Origin: Mobula hypostoma | Taxonomy: Eukaryota | DNA length: 64,000 nucleotides | Assembly: GCF_963921235.1 (NCBI RefSeq) | Contig: NC_086097.1 | Location: forward strand, 178,932,001-178,996,000 | Direction of reading: 5' to 3' | Part shown: in pieces, positions 38,364 to 49,661 of the stretch | How the letters are laid out: each line of letters starts with the position of its first letter | Numbering within the stretch: the first letter of the stretch is position 1 | Program-made: the position numbers and the translations under genes | The notes under the pieces: generated by a model | Told to the model about the DNA's origin: nothing | The model's database searches: none | The model's input: only the letters and a program-made list of their open reading frames with translations

Positions 38364-38690
38364 GGGAATGTGGAGCTCACTCCCATAGGGGAAAGGTGGG
38401 AATGTGGTGCTCACTCCCACGGGGAGAGGTGGGAATGTGGAGCTCACTCCCACGGAGAGCGGTGAGGATGTGGAGCTCACTCCCACAGGGAGAGGTGGGA
38501 ATGTGGTGCTCACTCCCACGGGGAGAGGTGGGAATGTGGAGCTCACTCCCACGGAGAGCGGTGAGGATGTGGAGCTCACTCCCACAGGGAGAGGTGGGAA
38601 TGTGGAGCTCACTCCCACGGGGAGAGGTGGGAATGTGGGGTTCCTTCCTACAAAGAGAAGTGGGAATGTGGGCTCAGTACCAGAGGGAGT
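38364..38690 (-). repeat. 33-bp minisatellite, ~10 copies, with 99-bp higher-order duplication
   Basis: GGGAATGTGGAGCTCACTCCCACGGGGAGAGGT units; reverse complement of the 18046 array unit. Confidence 0.95.
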
Positions 38691-39383
38691 GAGGTGAACA
38701 GCAGAGACGAGTTTAAGGGGATAACTGTTAGACACATGAAGAAGAGAGGAACAGAGTGGGTGACATGAGAGATGAAGGAGTGGGGAGAGTAGAATAAAGG
38801 GGCAGAATGGCCTGTTCTGAACTGTAAACTCAGAGTAACAGATGCAGCATGGCACTTGAGGTCCCATCTGTGTACACGTGACTTCCCATCTTCAGGTGAA
38901 TGCCACGGTACACATCACACCAGTCTTGCTGTGCAAACAATGATTATTTTCTTTTTAGTTGGTTAATGGTGTAAGATAACAATTTAAAATCAAATGAGAG
39001 TTAAATGTGCTTTATGAGGCGAATTGACTGTAGTCAAGCTGCATTAGTCAAAAGTACAGGATCCGTTTTGGATTAGGCTTCATCAGCCCAGTTATCGGCA
39101 AGAGGCAGGTTGGAAAAACAACAGATCACATTTTGGAAAATTGTACATTCCAGATAAAAAGGATTCCTGATCCTCCTCTCTGCCTATAACTTGTCCTCCT
39201 CTAGCTCTCTCCTCCTTTCCTACTTGTTCCTCTTCTCTGTCTTCCTCCTCTCCCACCTTTCTCTGTCCTCTATGCCCTGAGCGATGAAGGCTAATGTGCC
39301 AAATGCATTCTTCACCATCTTGCCTACCTTTCTTTCTTTTGCACTCCTTGCATCTCTCCCCCTCTGTCTCTCCTCCACCCACA

Positions 39384-39698
39384 TGGTGTTCTCTCCAAGC
39401 TGTGTTGGGTCACAGCATCGCAGTAACTGAAGTGTTCCCGTGCACATAGCATTTGTTGCCACACAGCTGGAATAAAGACAGACAAGGTAAAGTTAACAAA
39501 ACGTGGAAGATTTTCTTCGTTGTACTGTATTTCATTATCCCTTTAATTAATAATATCAAAAGTATGTGATTTTTCAATTTTCATTCTGAATATTCATAGT
39601 GTGCATATTACAAAAGTGCCATGCAATTTTCAGGCCGTGTAAAAATTTAAGCAATGGTTGGTCTGCACAACTGTAAAAAAAAATTAGGGGGAACGTTC
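39384..39698. mobile_element. Degraded hAT-type MITE
   Basis: Imperfect TIRs TGGTGTTCTCTCCAA / TTAGGGGGAACGTTC; 8-bp flanks CACCCACA and GACCCATA (6/8 identical). Confidence 0.55.
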
Positions 39699-39722
39699 GA
39701 CCCATACCTCCTGGTTGGTCCC

Positions 39723-39863
39723 NNNNNNNNNNNNNNNNNNNNNNNNNNNNNNNNNNNNNNNNNNNNNNNNNNNNNNNNNNNNNNNNNNNNNNNNNNNNNN
39801 NNNNNNNNNNNNNNNNNNNNNNNNNNNNNNNNNNNNNNNNNNNNNNNNNNNNNNNNNNNNNNN
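39723..39863. other. Assembly gap (N run)
   Basis: 141 N. Confidence 1.
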
Positions 39864-40599
39864 TCTGCTAGATCAATGGATTTTATGATTAACCTGACTG
39901 ACATCAAATGATGCTAATGTGGTCTGTCCTGCGCCGAGTGAGGGACCTCCTGGCTGTGGTTTGGATGCCAGTCCTTAACACTGGCATGTACCGTGGGAGG
40001 TGCTTTTCTAGTAAGGAATAATCTCTGGATATGCCATGATAAATTCTTCATCCAAAATTATCCTTTGTCTTGGAAGAAAGTACAGGCACATTAGAGGTTT
40101 CTCCCTCGTCCGCTTTATGTCTCAGACCTCCTTATTCTAAATGCAGTACCCACCTCCCCTGCCCCCGCCTTTGTTCAGTCCACCTGCTCCCTCTACCAGC
40201 GACATCAGCCCTGGGCAAGGACCCTCTCATCGTTGCCAAGCAAAGAAAGCCTGTCTACTGCCTGACAAATTTCACTAAATATTTAACCAGGGCTCAGGGA
40301 CAATGCTTTGGAGCCGGAATCCACTGGCTCTTTAGTATCACTTTAGAACAGGGCTTGCTTCCAAAACTCCTGGCAAAAATATTACTGCCTCTTTTCGTCA
40401 GTACCCCAGGTGCTTGTGGTTTCGTCGACTTCACTCTGCTGGGATTTTCTACTCATTAAGACTTCCTCCATGCCCTCCATCCCTCTCATCCAAGTTTAAC
40501 TGATGCATCCTTTACCAACAGATTGTTGGCTAAATCCATGGTCCTCTCCTCCAAGGAGTAGGTGGTTTAGTGGAAAAGGCCAGAAAGTGTTGGTGGAGA

Positions 40600-41320
40600 C
40601 CTATAACCAGTGCAGGGCCCCCCATGTTTTGTCATCTGTATTAGTGATTTGGATCAGAATGTAGATGGTGTGGTTAGTAAGTTGTGACTGCCACTGAAAC
40701 TGGTGGAGTGGTAGACGATGAAGGTTGTCTGACATTCACAATAGGGTCTAAATCTACTCTAGGAATTGGGCCGAAGAATGACTGATGGAATTTAACTCAG
40801 ACAAGTGTGAAGAGTTCCAGTTTGTTAAGTCAAACCAAGGCAGGGCTTGCACAGTAAATGGCTGGTCTCTGAGAATTGTTGTAGAACAGAGATAGACCTA
40901 GGGGTGCGGGTACCAAAAGTGGCAGCACAGGTAAGGTGGTGAAGAAGACTTTTGGCACATGTGTCTTCATTGATCAGCATACTGAGTACAAGAGTTGGGG
41001 CATCAAGTTGCAGCTGTGCAAGAAGTTGGTGAAACTACACTTGGAGTAGTGTGTGCGTTCTGGTCACCTCACTACTGGAAGGATGTCATTAAACTGGGAA
41101 GATTTAAAAAAGATTCTCAAGGATGTTACTGGGACTGGAGGACTTATGTTAAAAGGAGAGGCTGAATAGGTTGAAACTGTTCTCCTGGGAGTATAGGAGA
41201 CCGAGGGGTGATCTTGTAGAGGTATATAATACCATAAGGGACATAATGAATGAATATAGGGCATAGGTTTAAGGTAAGAGGGAAAAAATTTAAATGAGAC
41301 CAGAGGAGCAACTTCTTCAC
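40600..41320 (+). mobile_element. CR1 LINE 3' fragment
   Basis: Degenerate RT C-terminal motifs (MEFNSDKCE, LVKLHLE.CV.FWSP, GDLVEVY). Confidence 0.8.
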
Positions 41321-43488
41321 ATTATGCTTATAGGTTTAGGAAATTGATAACAAATATTACTTACATCTTCTTGTAAATTGAATTATATTAGGGATGTTAA
41401 TTCCCATCCAGCAAGTCATCTTATTTCTTTTGTGGGATCTTCTCATTCATTCTCCACAATCCTGGCTCATAATGGACCAGATGAATTAACGTTGCTGAAG
41501 GTACTCAGAGGGTCCGGCGGCATCTGTGAAGAGAGAAATGAAGTTCATGTTTCAGATCAGTGAACTTACAAAAGAACCCAGAAAACAGTAAAGGTTAAAG
41601 GTAAGTCTCAGGGAAAGGGAGAGGGGCAGGTAGAGTGAAAGGGTATGCCTGTGATAGCATGAAGGGAGACACCTTTGGTAAAAATGCAAAAGATTTAGAG
41701 AGAAGAGTACGGCAGCAAATGTTGGAAAATTTCAGCAAGTCAGGTAGCAACTGTGGAGAGAGAAGCAATTAATGTTAAGTACTTCTCTCTCCAGAGATGC
41801 AGCCTGACCACTGAGTGTTTCCTGCATTATCCATTTCTTGTTTAAAATTGCCAGCCTTGGCAGTTTTGTTTTTGATTTTGATGTAGAGAGGGCAAGTTAA
41901 AAAGCGAAGGGAATGAGGAGGGACGTAGAGAGGTTTCGGGATGGAGTTTAGGTTGGGAAGACGCACATGGGAAGGGTGAGTCCTTCTCGTCAAGGATGTT
42001 GTGGGTAGCGTGAGGTGGGACTGAAAGGAAAGGATTACATTCCTTCAATGCCTTGCACATCCCAAAGCATTTCTGCAAGCCAGATACTTTAGAAATTTAT
42101 TCATAGAACATAGAAGAATATAGCACAGAAATAGGCCCTTGGCCCACAGTGCATGCCAGACTAATTAAATTAGTAATCAAATAAATGCCTTTTTAAACTA
42201 ATCCCTTATGCCTACACAATGTCCATAGCCTTCCCTTTACTGCACATTCATGTCTCTGTCTAACAGCCTCTTGAACATCCGAGTTGTATCTGTTCCACCA
42301 GCACCCCAAGCAGTGCACTCCAGGAACCCAACACCAATCTCGACGCAGATTAGGAACAGGAGTAGCCATATCTAACCCTTCTCCCCCATTCAATAAGATG
42401 ATAACAATTAACAAAGAACATTACAGCACAGTAGAGGCCCTTCAGCCCACCATGTTGTGCCGATCCTGTACACTATTCATTCTGACTCTTCTCTCCCACA
42501 TAGCCCATGTGTTATCTGAATGCATCCTTGGTGATTCCTTCTGATAACTTATCACCCACTTCTGATGAAGTACAATGGCCGTAAGGATAGTCACAGCCTC
42601 AACTTCCACTGCTCTCTTGAGGCAGAGACTCCTATCTCAAATGTATGAGTCCATAGTTTAAACCGTCACCCCAGGTCCCTGTTCTCCTACAAGAGGGAAA
42701 AATTACATTTGAAAATTGGTGAATTAGTTCATCATTATCACATGTACCAAAGTACAGTGAAAGACTTGTTTTGCATATTGTTCATAAGTATCAGTAGTAC
42801 ATTCAGGAAGAATATGGTAAAACAATTACAGAAAGCACACTAAACTGTTACAGTTAGAGAGCAAGGACAGTGCAGGCAGACAATAAGGTGCAAGGTCATA
42901 ACAAGGTCGACGGTGAGGTCAAGAGGCCCTCCTGTGAGTAGTCTTAATACAGCAGGATAGAAGCTTTCTTGAGACCCATGGTAGATCCTTTCGGTCTTTT
43001 GTACCTTCTTCCTAAAGGGAGGGGATAGAAGAGAGAATATTTAGCGAGGATCAGGTCTTTGAGTGTGTTTAAAGCAGAGGCTGACTATTGATTGATAAGG
43101 GTGTTAAAGGGTTACAGGGAGAAAGAGGAAGAATGATTGACCAACTATCAGCCATGATTGAATGGTGGGGCAGACTCGCCAGGCTGAATGGCCTAATTCT
43201 GCTGGCTGCTTTACCGAGGCAGTGAGATGTTTAGATGTGCTGCTCTGTGCCCAGAACTCTCTGCAGTTTAAGTATCCTCTGTCATAACCCTTCCAGATCA
43301 TGACTTTCGATCAGATCTCCTCTCAGTCTACTAAACTTCAACAGGCACAAGCCCAATCTGTCTGATTTTCTCACATAGAACAAGGTTATCAAAGGTCTGA
43401 AGTAGGCTGTGAACTTTCAATTTGTGCGTGGGGCCTGATTTAGAGATCAGTATGGAAGCCTGGACCTGGGGCCTGTGCTTGGTGTAGC

Positions 43489-44032
43489 TAGGGTTGCCAA
43501 CTGTCCCGTATTAGCCGGGACATCCTGTATATTGGGCTGAATTGGTCTGTCCCATACGGAACCGCCCTTGTCCCGTATTTCCTCCACGAAGGTAGAGCGT
43601 TCCTATGAAACCTTTCGTGCCAAAGTGGCGTAAAGCGAAGAAGCAATTACCATTAATTTATATGGGAAAAACTTTTGAGTGTTCCCAGACCCAAAAAATA
43701 ACCTACCAAATCATACCAAATAACACATAAAACCTAAAATAAGACTAAAATATAGTAAAAGCAGGAATAATATGATAAATACACAGCCTATATAAAGTAG
43801 AAATAATGTATGCACAGTGTAGTTTCACTTAACAGAATCGGGAAGATTAAGCCAAAACCGATTTGTAGAAAAAGAAATCGGCACATACATACATGTGCAC
43901 GTCACACATACGCACACAGGTGCCCGCGCAGGCTTCATGGTCATGGTGGTCTTTCTCGGGGTAAACATAAGTGTCCCGTATTTGACTGCTACTTTTGTCC
44001 CTTATTTGGGAGTGAGAAAGTTGACAACCCTA
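43489..44032. mobile_element. hAT-superfamily MITE (544 bp) with perfect 8-bp TSD
   Basis: TIRs TAGGGTTGCCAAC / GTTGACAACCCTA; TSD GGTGTAGC at 43481-43488 and 44033-44040; subterminal TGTCCC(G/A/T)TA repeats at both ends. Confidence 0.92.
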
Positions 44033-44034
44033 GG

Positions 44035-44230
44035 TGTAGCAGACGTGTGTGTCTCCCAAGGTTGAGTGCAAGGTTTGCTGTCATCCGCCTGTCCTGCTGT
44101 AGCAGACGTGTGTGTCTCCCAAAGCATGGGTTGCAAGGTTTCCTGTCACCTGCCTGTCCTGCTGTGGCAGACATGTGTGTCTCCCCAAGCGTGGGTGGGT
44201 GCAACGTTTCCTGTCGTCCACTTGTCCTTT
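44035..44230. repeat. ~63-65-bp tandem repeat, 3 copies
   Basis: TGTAGCAGACGTGTGTGTCTCCCAA..TGCAAGGTTT.CTGTCA..GCCTGTCCTGC x3. Confidence 0.9.
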
Positions 44231-47200
44231 TGGACGGATCTGGCATATTTTGCACTTGAGTGTGGGCAAGAGCTGAAACCAGAACCAAAAGATAAGTCAC
44301 ATTGATAAATGTGGAAACAAGTCTCCAGCAGTGTGTTAGGTGTTAATTGCTGCCTGTCAACCTCTTTGGCACAAGACATTTGTAATTAGAGGTGTCTAGA
44401 CCCGAGCTACAGTTAAAAAAATGTCCTGGCAAAAGCTCAATGAGATTAAGTTCCAAGTCTCACTAGTGAACGATAGGATGCTGGGGAGTTAACAGCAGAG
44501 GAAAATGTGCATTCCTCTGGCACTTTACAGCCTCCACAAGGTACAGATACAGGAGCACAATTAGGCCACTCAGCCTGTCGAATCTGCTCCGCCATTCAAT
44601 CATGGCTGATAGTTTGTCAATCATTCTTCCTCTATCTTCCTGTAACCCTTTAACACCTTTATCAACCTCCACTTTAAATACACCCAATGATTTGGCCTCC
44701 TCAGCTCTCAGTGACAATGAATTCCACAGATTTACCACCCTCTGTCTGAAAGGGATGTGTCTTTATTCTGAGCCTGTGGTCTCTGGTCCTGGGCTCTTCT
44801 ACTGATGGAAACATCCTCTCCACATCCATTCTCTCCAAACTTTTCCGTATCTTTACATTTTGAAGCCTTCCCTGCTGTGAAACATGATAGCAGAAGTATA
44901 CACAGCAAGCTCTCACAAGTAAAATTAGACCGGGATATCAATTTCAGTAATGTTCTTTAAGAGATGAATATTAGCTGGGACACTTCTTAAAATAGTGCCT
45001 TTGGATCGTTTTGTGTTCACCAAGAGGTGTAACACTCTCCAGCCCACACTGCACTGCAGTGTCATAGAACATAGAACAATACAGTACAGGAACAGGCCCT
45101 CTGTCTCACGATGTTGTGCTGAACTAATTAAACTAGTAATTAACTCCTAATTAAATTAATCCCTTCTGCCTATACAATGTCCATATCCCTCCATTCCCTG
45201 CACATTCATTTGCCTATCTAAAAGCCTCTTAAACATCATTATTTCCAGCAGCATTCCTGGCAGCACACATCAGTCACCCCTACTCTGAGTAAAATAAAAC
45301 TAGTCCTGCACATCCCCATTGAACTTAACCCATCTCACCTAAATGCGTGCCCACTAGTATTAGACGTTTCGACTTTGGCGAAAAGATACCTGCTGTCTGT
45401 TGTCTCTATTCCCTTCACAATCTTATAAACTGGCATCAGCACTCACCTCAGATTTTGACACTCCAGGGAAAACAACTCAAGTTTATCCAACCTCTCCTTG
45501 CTTGTACAATAAGACAGATCTTGACCTCACAATCTATGTCATTATGAACTTTCACCATATTGTCTACCTGCACTGCACTTTCTCTGTAGCTGTAACCCAA
45601 TATTCTGCATTCTGCTGTTGTTTACCTCAGTGCAGTGTTGTAATGAAATGATCAGGATGGATGGCACATAAAACACTGTTTTTCACAATATCTTGGCATA
45701 CGTGACAATAATGAACCAGTTTACCAATTTATCCACCTCTATAAGGTCTCTGTTGTCGGAGAAATAACTAGTAAATATGGATGTGGATTGTGCTAATGCA
45801 GTAACGGAACCGCAGACAAAGCCCAGAATGAGTAGAGACATGGAATGTAGCAGTGACAACATCAAGTTCCAGGAACTTCATGAATGTCTGTCTGTTAAAG
45901 CATGCACCCCTTGTTGTAATAGAAAATTGGATTTGCTGTTACACCTGTGGATAATAATTTTTTTCTGTAATCAGGATCTAGTCTTCTACTTAATTAAGTC
46001 TTTCTGCGCCACTGTTCTGTTATCAAAGTGCAGTTTTACTGGTAATCTCATCAACTGAGGATGTAAAAACTGTACCAAATTCATGCTCAGCTGGATCAGC
46101 TACCAGTGTGCACCAGCTATTTCAAATTCTTTGTGGCCTTCTCAGTTTTCTACTTCAATCACCCCTCATTCTCTGAGGAAGTAAAGCCCCAGCCTGTCCT
46201 CCTCTCCCTATAACCCAATCCCTCGAGTCCTGGCGCTCTGACTGAGTGAAATAATGCTTTTCCTCCTCAGACTAATAGGAGCATTTCCCCCTATTCCGGG
46301 TTGGCTGCGACGGAGCCTTATCCCCACACAGAGCAGTTGACACATCCCGTTTCCATTGTGCCTTCCCCCCCGCCCGCCATCTACATCTGCTGTGCACTAC
46401 TTGAGTACCTGTTCCAGTGTGAGACCAGTGAGGGCCAACAGTGCCTTCCAGTTCCGGAGCACTGCAATTGCACTGCGTTCAGGGAATGCTTAATGCTTAT
46501 CAAAGCAGTGCTTAACGCAGCCTCTGCCTCGCAACGAGACAACTCGTTCCACTCCCTGGCATTTGTGGCTCTGCTCTTGAGTGAAAAAATAGAAGGTGCA
46601 ATTGCTTTTCACATTGCTGTACACAGCAGCATTAATTCTGCTAAATTAAAGAACTATTATGTTAACCCTTTGAGACTGAGTTATTCCTCTGGGTTGTTCC
46701 AATTGTGTTTTTATATAAGTTTTTAATATAAAATGGGAGTGAATCTCATCACCAAGGAAAAGGATATTCACCCTCCTAAGCCTGTTTGAAAGCATTCTCT
46801 TATAAATCACCAGCACTGCTCTTTCTCACACCTACCTTTCCTTTCAAGTACCATTCCCATTCAACCGCTCCCATTAAATCCGCCTCAGCAGTCTGCACAT
46901 TCCTGACTGCAAATCAGCAATGGAAAATGTCTGAAATGGCAGTGCTTTGCTTGACATGTACAGCACAGAATGAGGCAATTTGGCTCTCTGTTCTACAGAG
47001 ACATAGCCAAAGGAAGCACTGGACTGGCCGCTCATAATTCCAGGGTAGAGGTGCTACAGACGGGTTGGGGTGGAGGAAGGAGTGGGGATGGCATTCAACA
47101 ACTATCCAACTATTGCCACCTTCTTTGTGAGTGCATCAATATTTTGGCGACAGGATAGATCCCCTGAGACGTTGACACCCAGGAACTTGAAGCTGCTCAC

Positions 47201-47959
47201 ACTGATGGCCCCTCATTGAAGACTGGTGTGTGTTCTCATGACTCCCTAAGAGTATGCAATCAATTCCTTGGTCTTTCTGACACTGAGTGTGAGCATGTTC
47301 TCTCATATAGACTGGAAATGCCAAAGTGCCGAGAGCTTCAGTGGGCCGGGATTTGTTTGACTCTCTGACTCTGTTAATCCACAGGAGTCCATCTCCCCTC
47401 AAACCCCCACCCCCACCCCCATTGTCTCCTTGTAGCTTTATGCAGCTTCACTAGAGGGTCAGTGAACCATAAACCAAAGGCCGAGATCCCCAGCACTGGG
47501 ACCCTGGTTACTCTCCTGGACAGTCACTTTGCTCACGGGCCTCGCTCCAGACTCCTGAAGCAGATTCTCTTTCCGAGCTTTGTTATTTCCAGGCAAGCAG
47601 ATTAGACTACAACCCGACTATGAGCATTAACTTCTCCACCTTCCAGTAACCTGCTTCCCCTCTGTCCCTGGTCTCTCTCTCTCCTCCTGATCTTCTAGTT
47701 CCTCCCATAACCTTCCAATCCCCATCGCCCTGTTTCTTTCTCCTCTTTCACCCACTTCATCTGCCCATCATCTATACACTTCTCTCAATGGGTCTCCTCC
47801 CTCCACTGTTCCCATTTGTCCTCCCCATCTTCACTATTTGGTTTCATGCAGTCCCTTCCTCTTCTATCAGATTCCACCATTTGCAGCTCTCCATCATCTC
47901 CACCTCACCTGCCAGCCTCTGTCTCTATAACCACTCTCCCTCCTCAATCTGCCTATCAC

Positions 47960-48302
47960 CCCTCCTCACCTGGATCCACCATCACCCTCTACCATTATCT
48001 CCACCTCTCACCTGCCAGCTTCTGTCACTGTTCCCGCTCTCCCTCCTCACCTGGATCCACCATCACCCTCTACCATTATCTCCACCTCTCACCTGCCAGC
48101 TTCTGTCACTGTTCCCACTCTCCCTCTTCACCTGGATCCGCCATCACCCTCTACCATTATCTCCACCTCTCACCTGCCAGCTTCTGTCACTGTTCCCACT
48201 CTCCCTCCTCACCCGGATCCACCATCACCCTCTACCATTATCTCCACCTCTCACCTGCCAGCTTCTGTCACTGTTCCCACTCTCCCTCCTCACCTGGATC
48301 CA
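47960..48302. repeat. 81-bp minisatellite (~4.2 copies) within a PLE 3'UTR remnant (47590-48363)
   Basis: CCCTCCTCACCTGGATCCACCATCACC... at 47960, 48041, 48122, 48203 and 48284. Confidence 0.95.
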
Positions 48303-48363
48303 CTCATCACCCTCTAGCTCTCCCTTCACCCTCACCTCTTTATACTGACTACCTCCCCTCTAT

Positions 48364-49133
48364 CTTTTTTTTAATATTCTTTTTTTTATTACAAACAAAA
48401 AAACAAAAAAAAAGCAAATCAACAAAAACCACAACCTTAACAAAATCTAATTAAATATTGAGCAGCAAAAGGGAGAAAAATATAAAGGCAAAAGTAAACA
48501 CACACAGCGGAGGTTCACCGCACCAAAAAACCTCAGTCCTCACCCTGTAAGAAAGTCCAATACAGGGCCCCATATCCTTTCAAAGATGTCCCCTCTGTCC
48601 TCATTACATAGTCTCAGTCTCTCCAAATGTAAAGTATTTGCCAGTTCTCTCAGCCACAGATCGTACGTACGCACAGAGTCCATTTTCCACATTTGCAGGA
48701 TTAACTTCTTAGCAATCACCATGCCAAACAATACAGCCATTTTTTCATACATATTGGCTGAAGATAGGGAGCTTGTTGCTCCAAGGATGGCTATGAGCGG
48801 GTCTGGTTCCCACCGCTTCCCATAAGCCTCAGAGAAACAGTGAAAAATACTTTTCCAGTATGCATAAAGGTTACAACATGAACACAATGAATGTGACAAG
48901 TTACTGTTCACAGATTTACATCTATTACAAACTGATGAAACATCAGGGTAGAAACTGTGCAACTTTTCTTTGGAATAATGAAGTCTATGTATTGTTTTAA
49001 ACTGTATAAGTCTGTCTGATGTTGACCGAACAATCATGTATACTCTTTAAACACTCATCCCAGACCTCCTCTGTCAGTTCTATACCCAATTCATCCACCC
49101 ATGCCTGTTTAAGGCCGGCAGTATTCCCCTCTG
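48364..49133 (-). mobile_element. L1-clade LINE 3' fragment (ORF2 C-terminal Cys-rich domain, 3'UTR, poly-A)
   Basis: LKQAWVDELG..W..CL, RLIQFKTIHRLHYS..C.RC..HSL..C, AKKLILQMWK, IWGP; T-rich tail on + at 48365. Confidence 0.88.
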
Positions 49134-49150
49134 TCTTTATACTGACTACC

Positions 49151-49661
49151 CCGCCTCACTACTGGAAGGATGTGGAAACCATTGAAAGGATGCAGAGAAG
49201 ATTTACAAGGATGTTGCCTGGATTGGGGAGCATGCCTTATGAAAACAGGTTGAGTGAACTCGGCCTTTTCTCCTGGAGTGACGGAGGATGAGAGGTGACC
49301 TGATAGAGGTGTATAAGATGATGAGAGGCATTGACCGTGTGGATAGTCAGAGGCTTTTTCCCAGGGCTGAATTGGCTGCTACAAGAGGACACAGGTTTAA
49401 GGTGCATGGGAGTAGGTACGGAGGAGATGTCAGGAGTAATTTCTTTTACGCAGAGAGTGGTGAGTGCGTGGAACGGGCTGTCGGCAACTATGGTGGAGGC
49501 GGATACGATAGGGTCTTTTAAGAGACTTTTGGATAGGTATATGGAGCTGAGAAAAATAGAGGGCTATGGGTATCTCTAGTAATTTCTAAGGTAGGGACAT
49601 GTTTGGCACAACTTTGTTGGCCAAAGGGCCTGTATTATGCTGTAGTTTTCTATGTTTCTAT
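49151..49661 (+). mobile_element. CR1 LINE 3' fragment (little diverged)
   Basis: YWKDVETIERMQRRFTRMLPGL, RGDLIEVYKMMRGIDRVD; TTCTATGTTTCTAT tail. Confidence 0.92.

Noticed and set aside
47788-48454. His/Pro/Ser-rich 186-aa and 212-aa ORFs
   Set aside because: Products of the 81-bp tandem repeat in a PLE UTR
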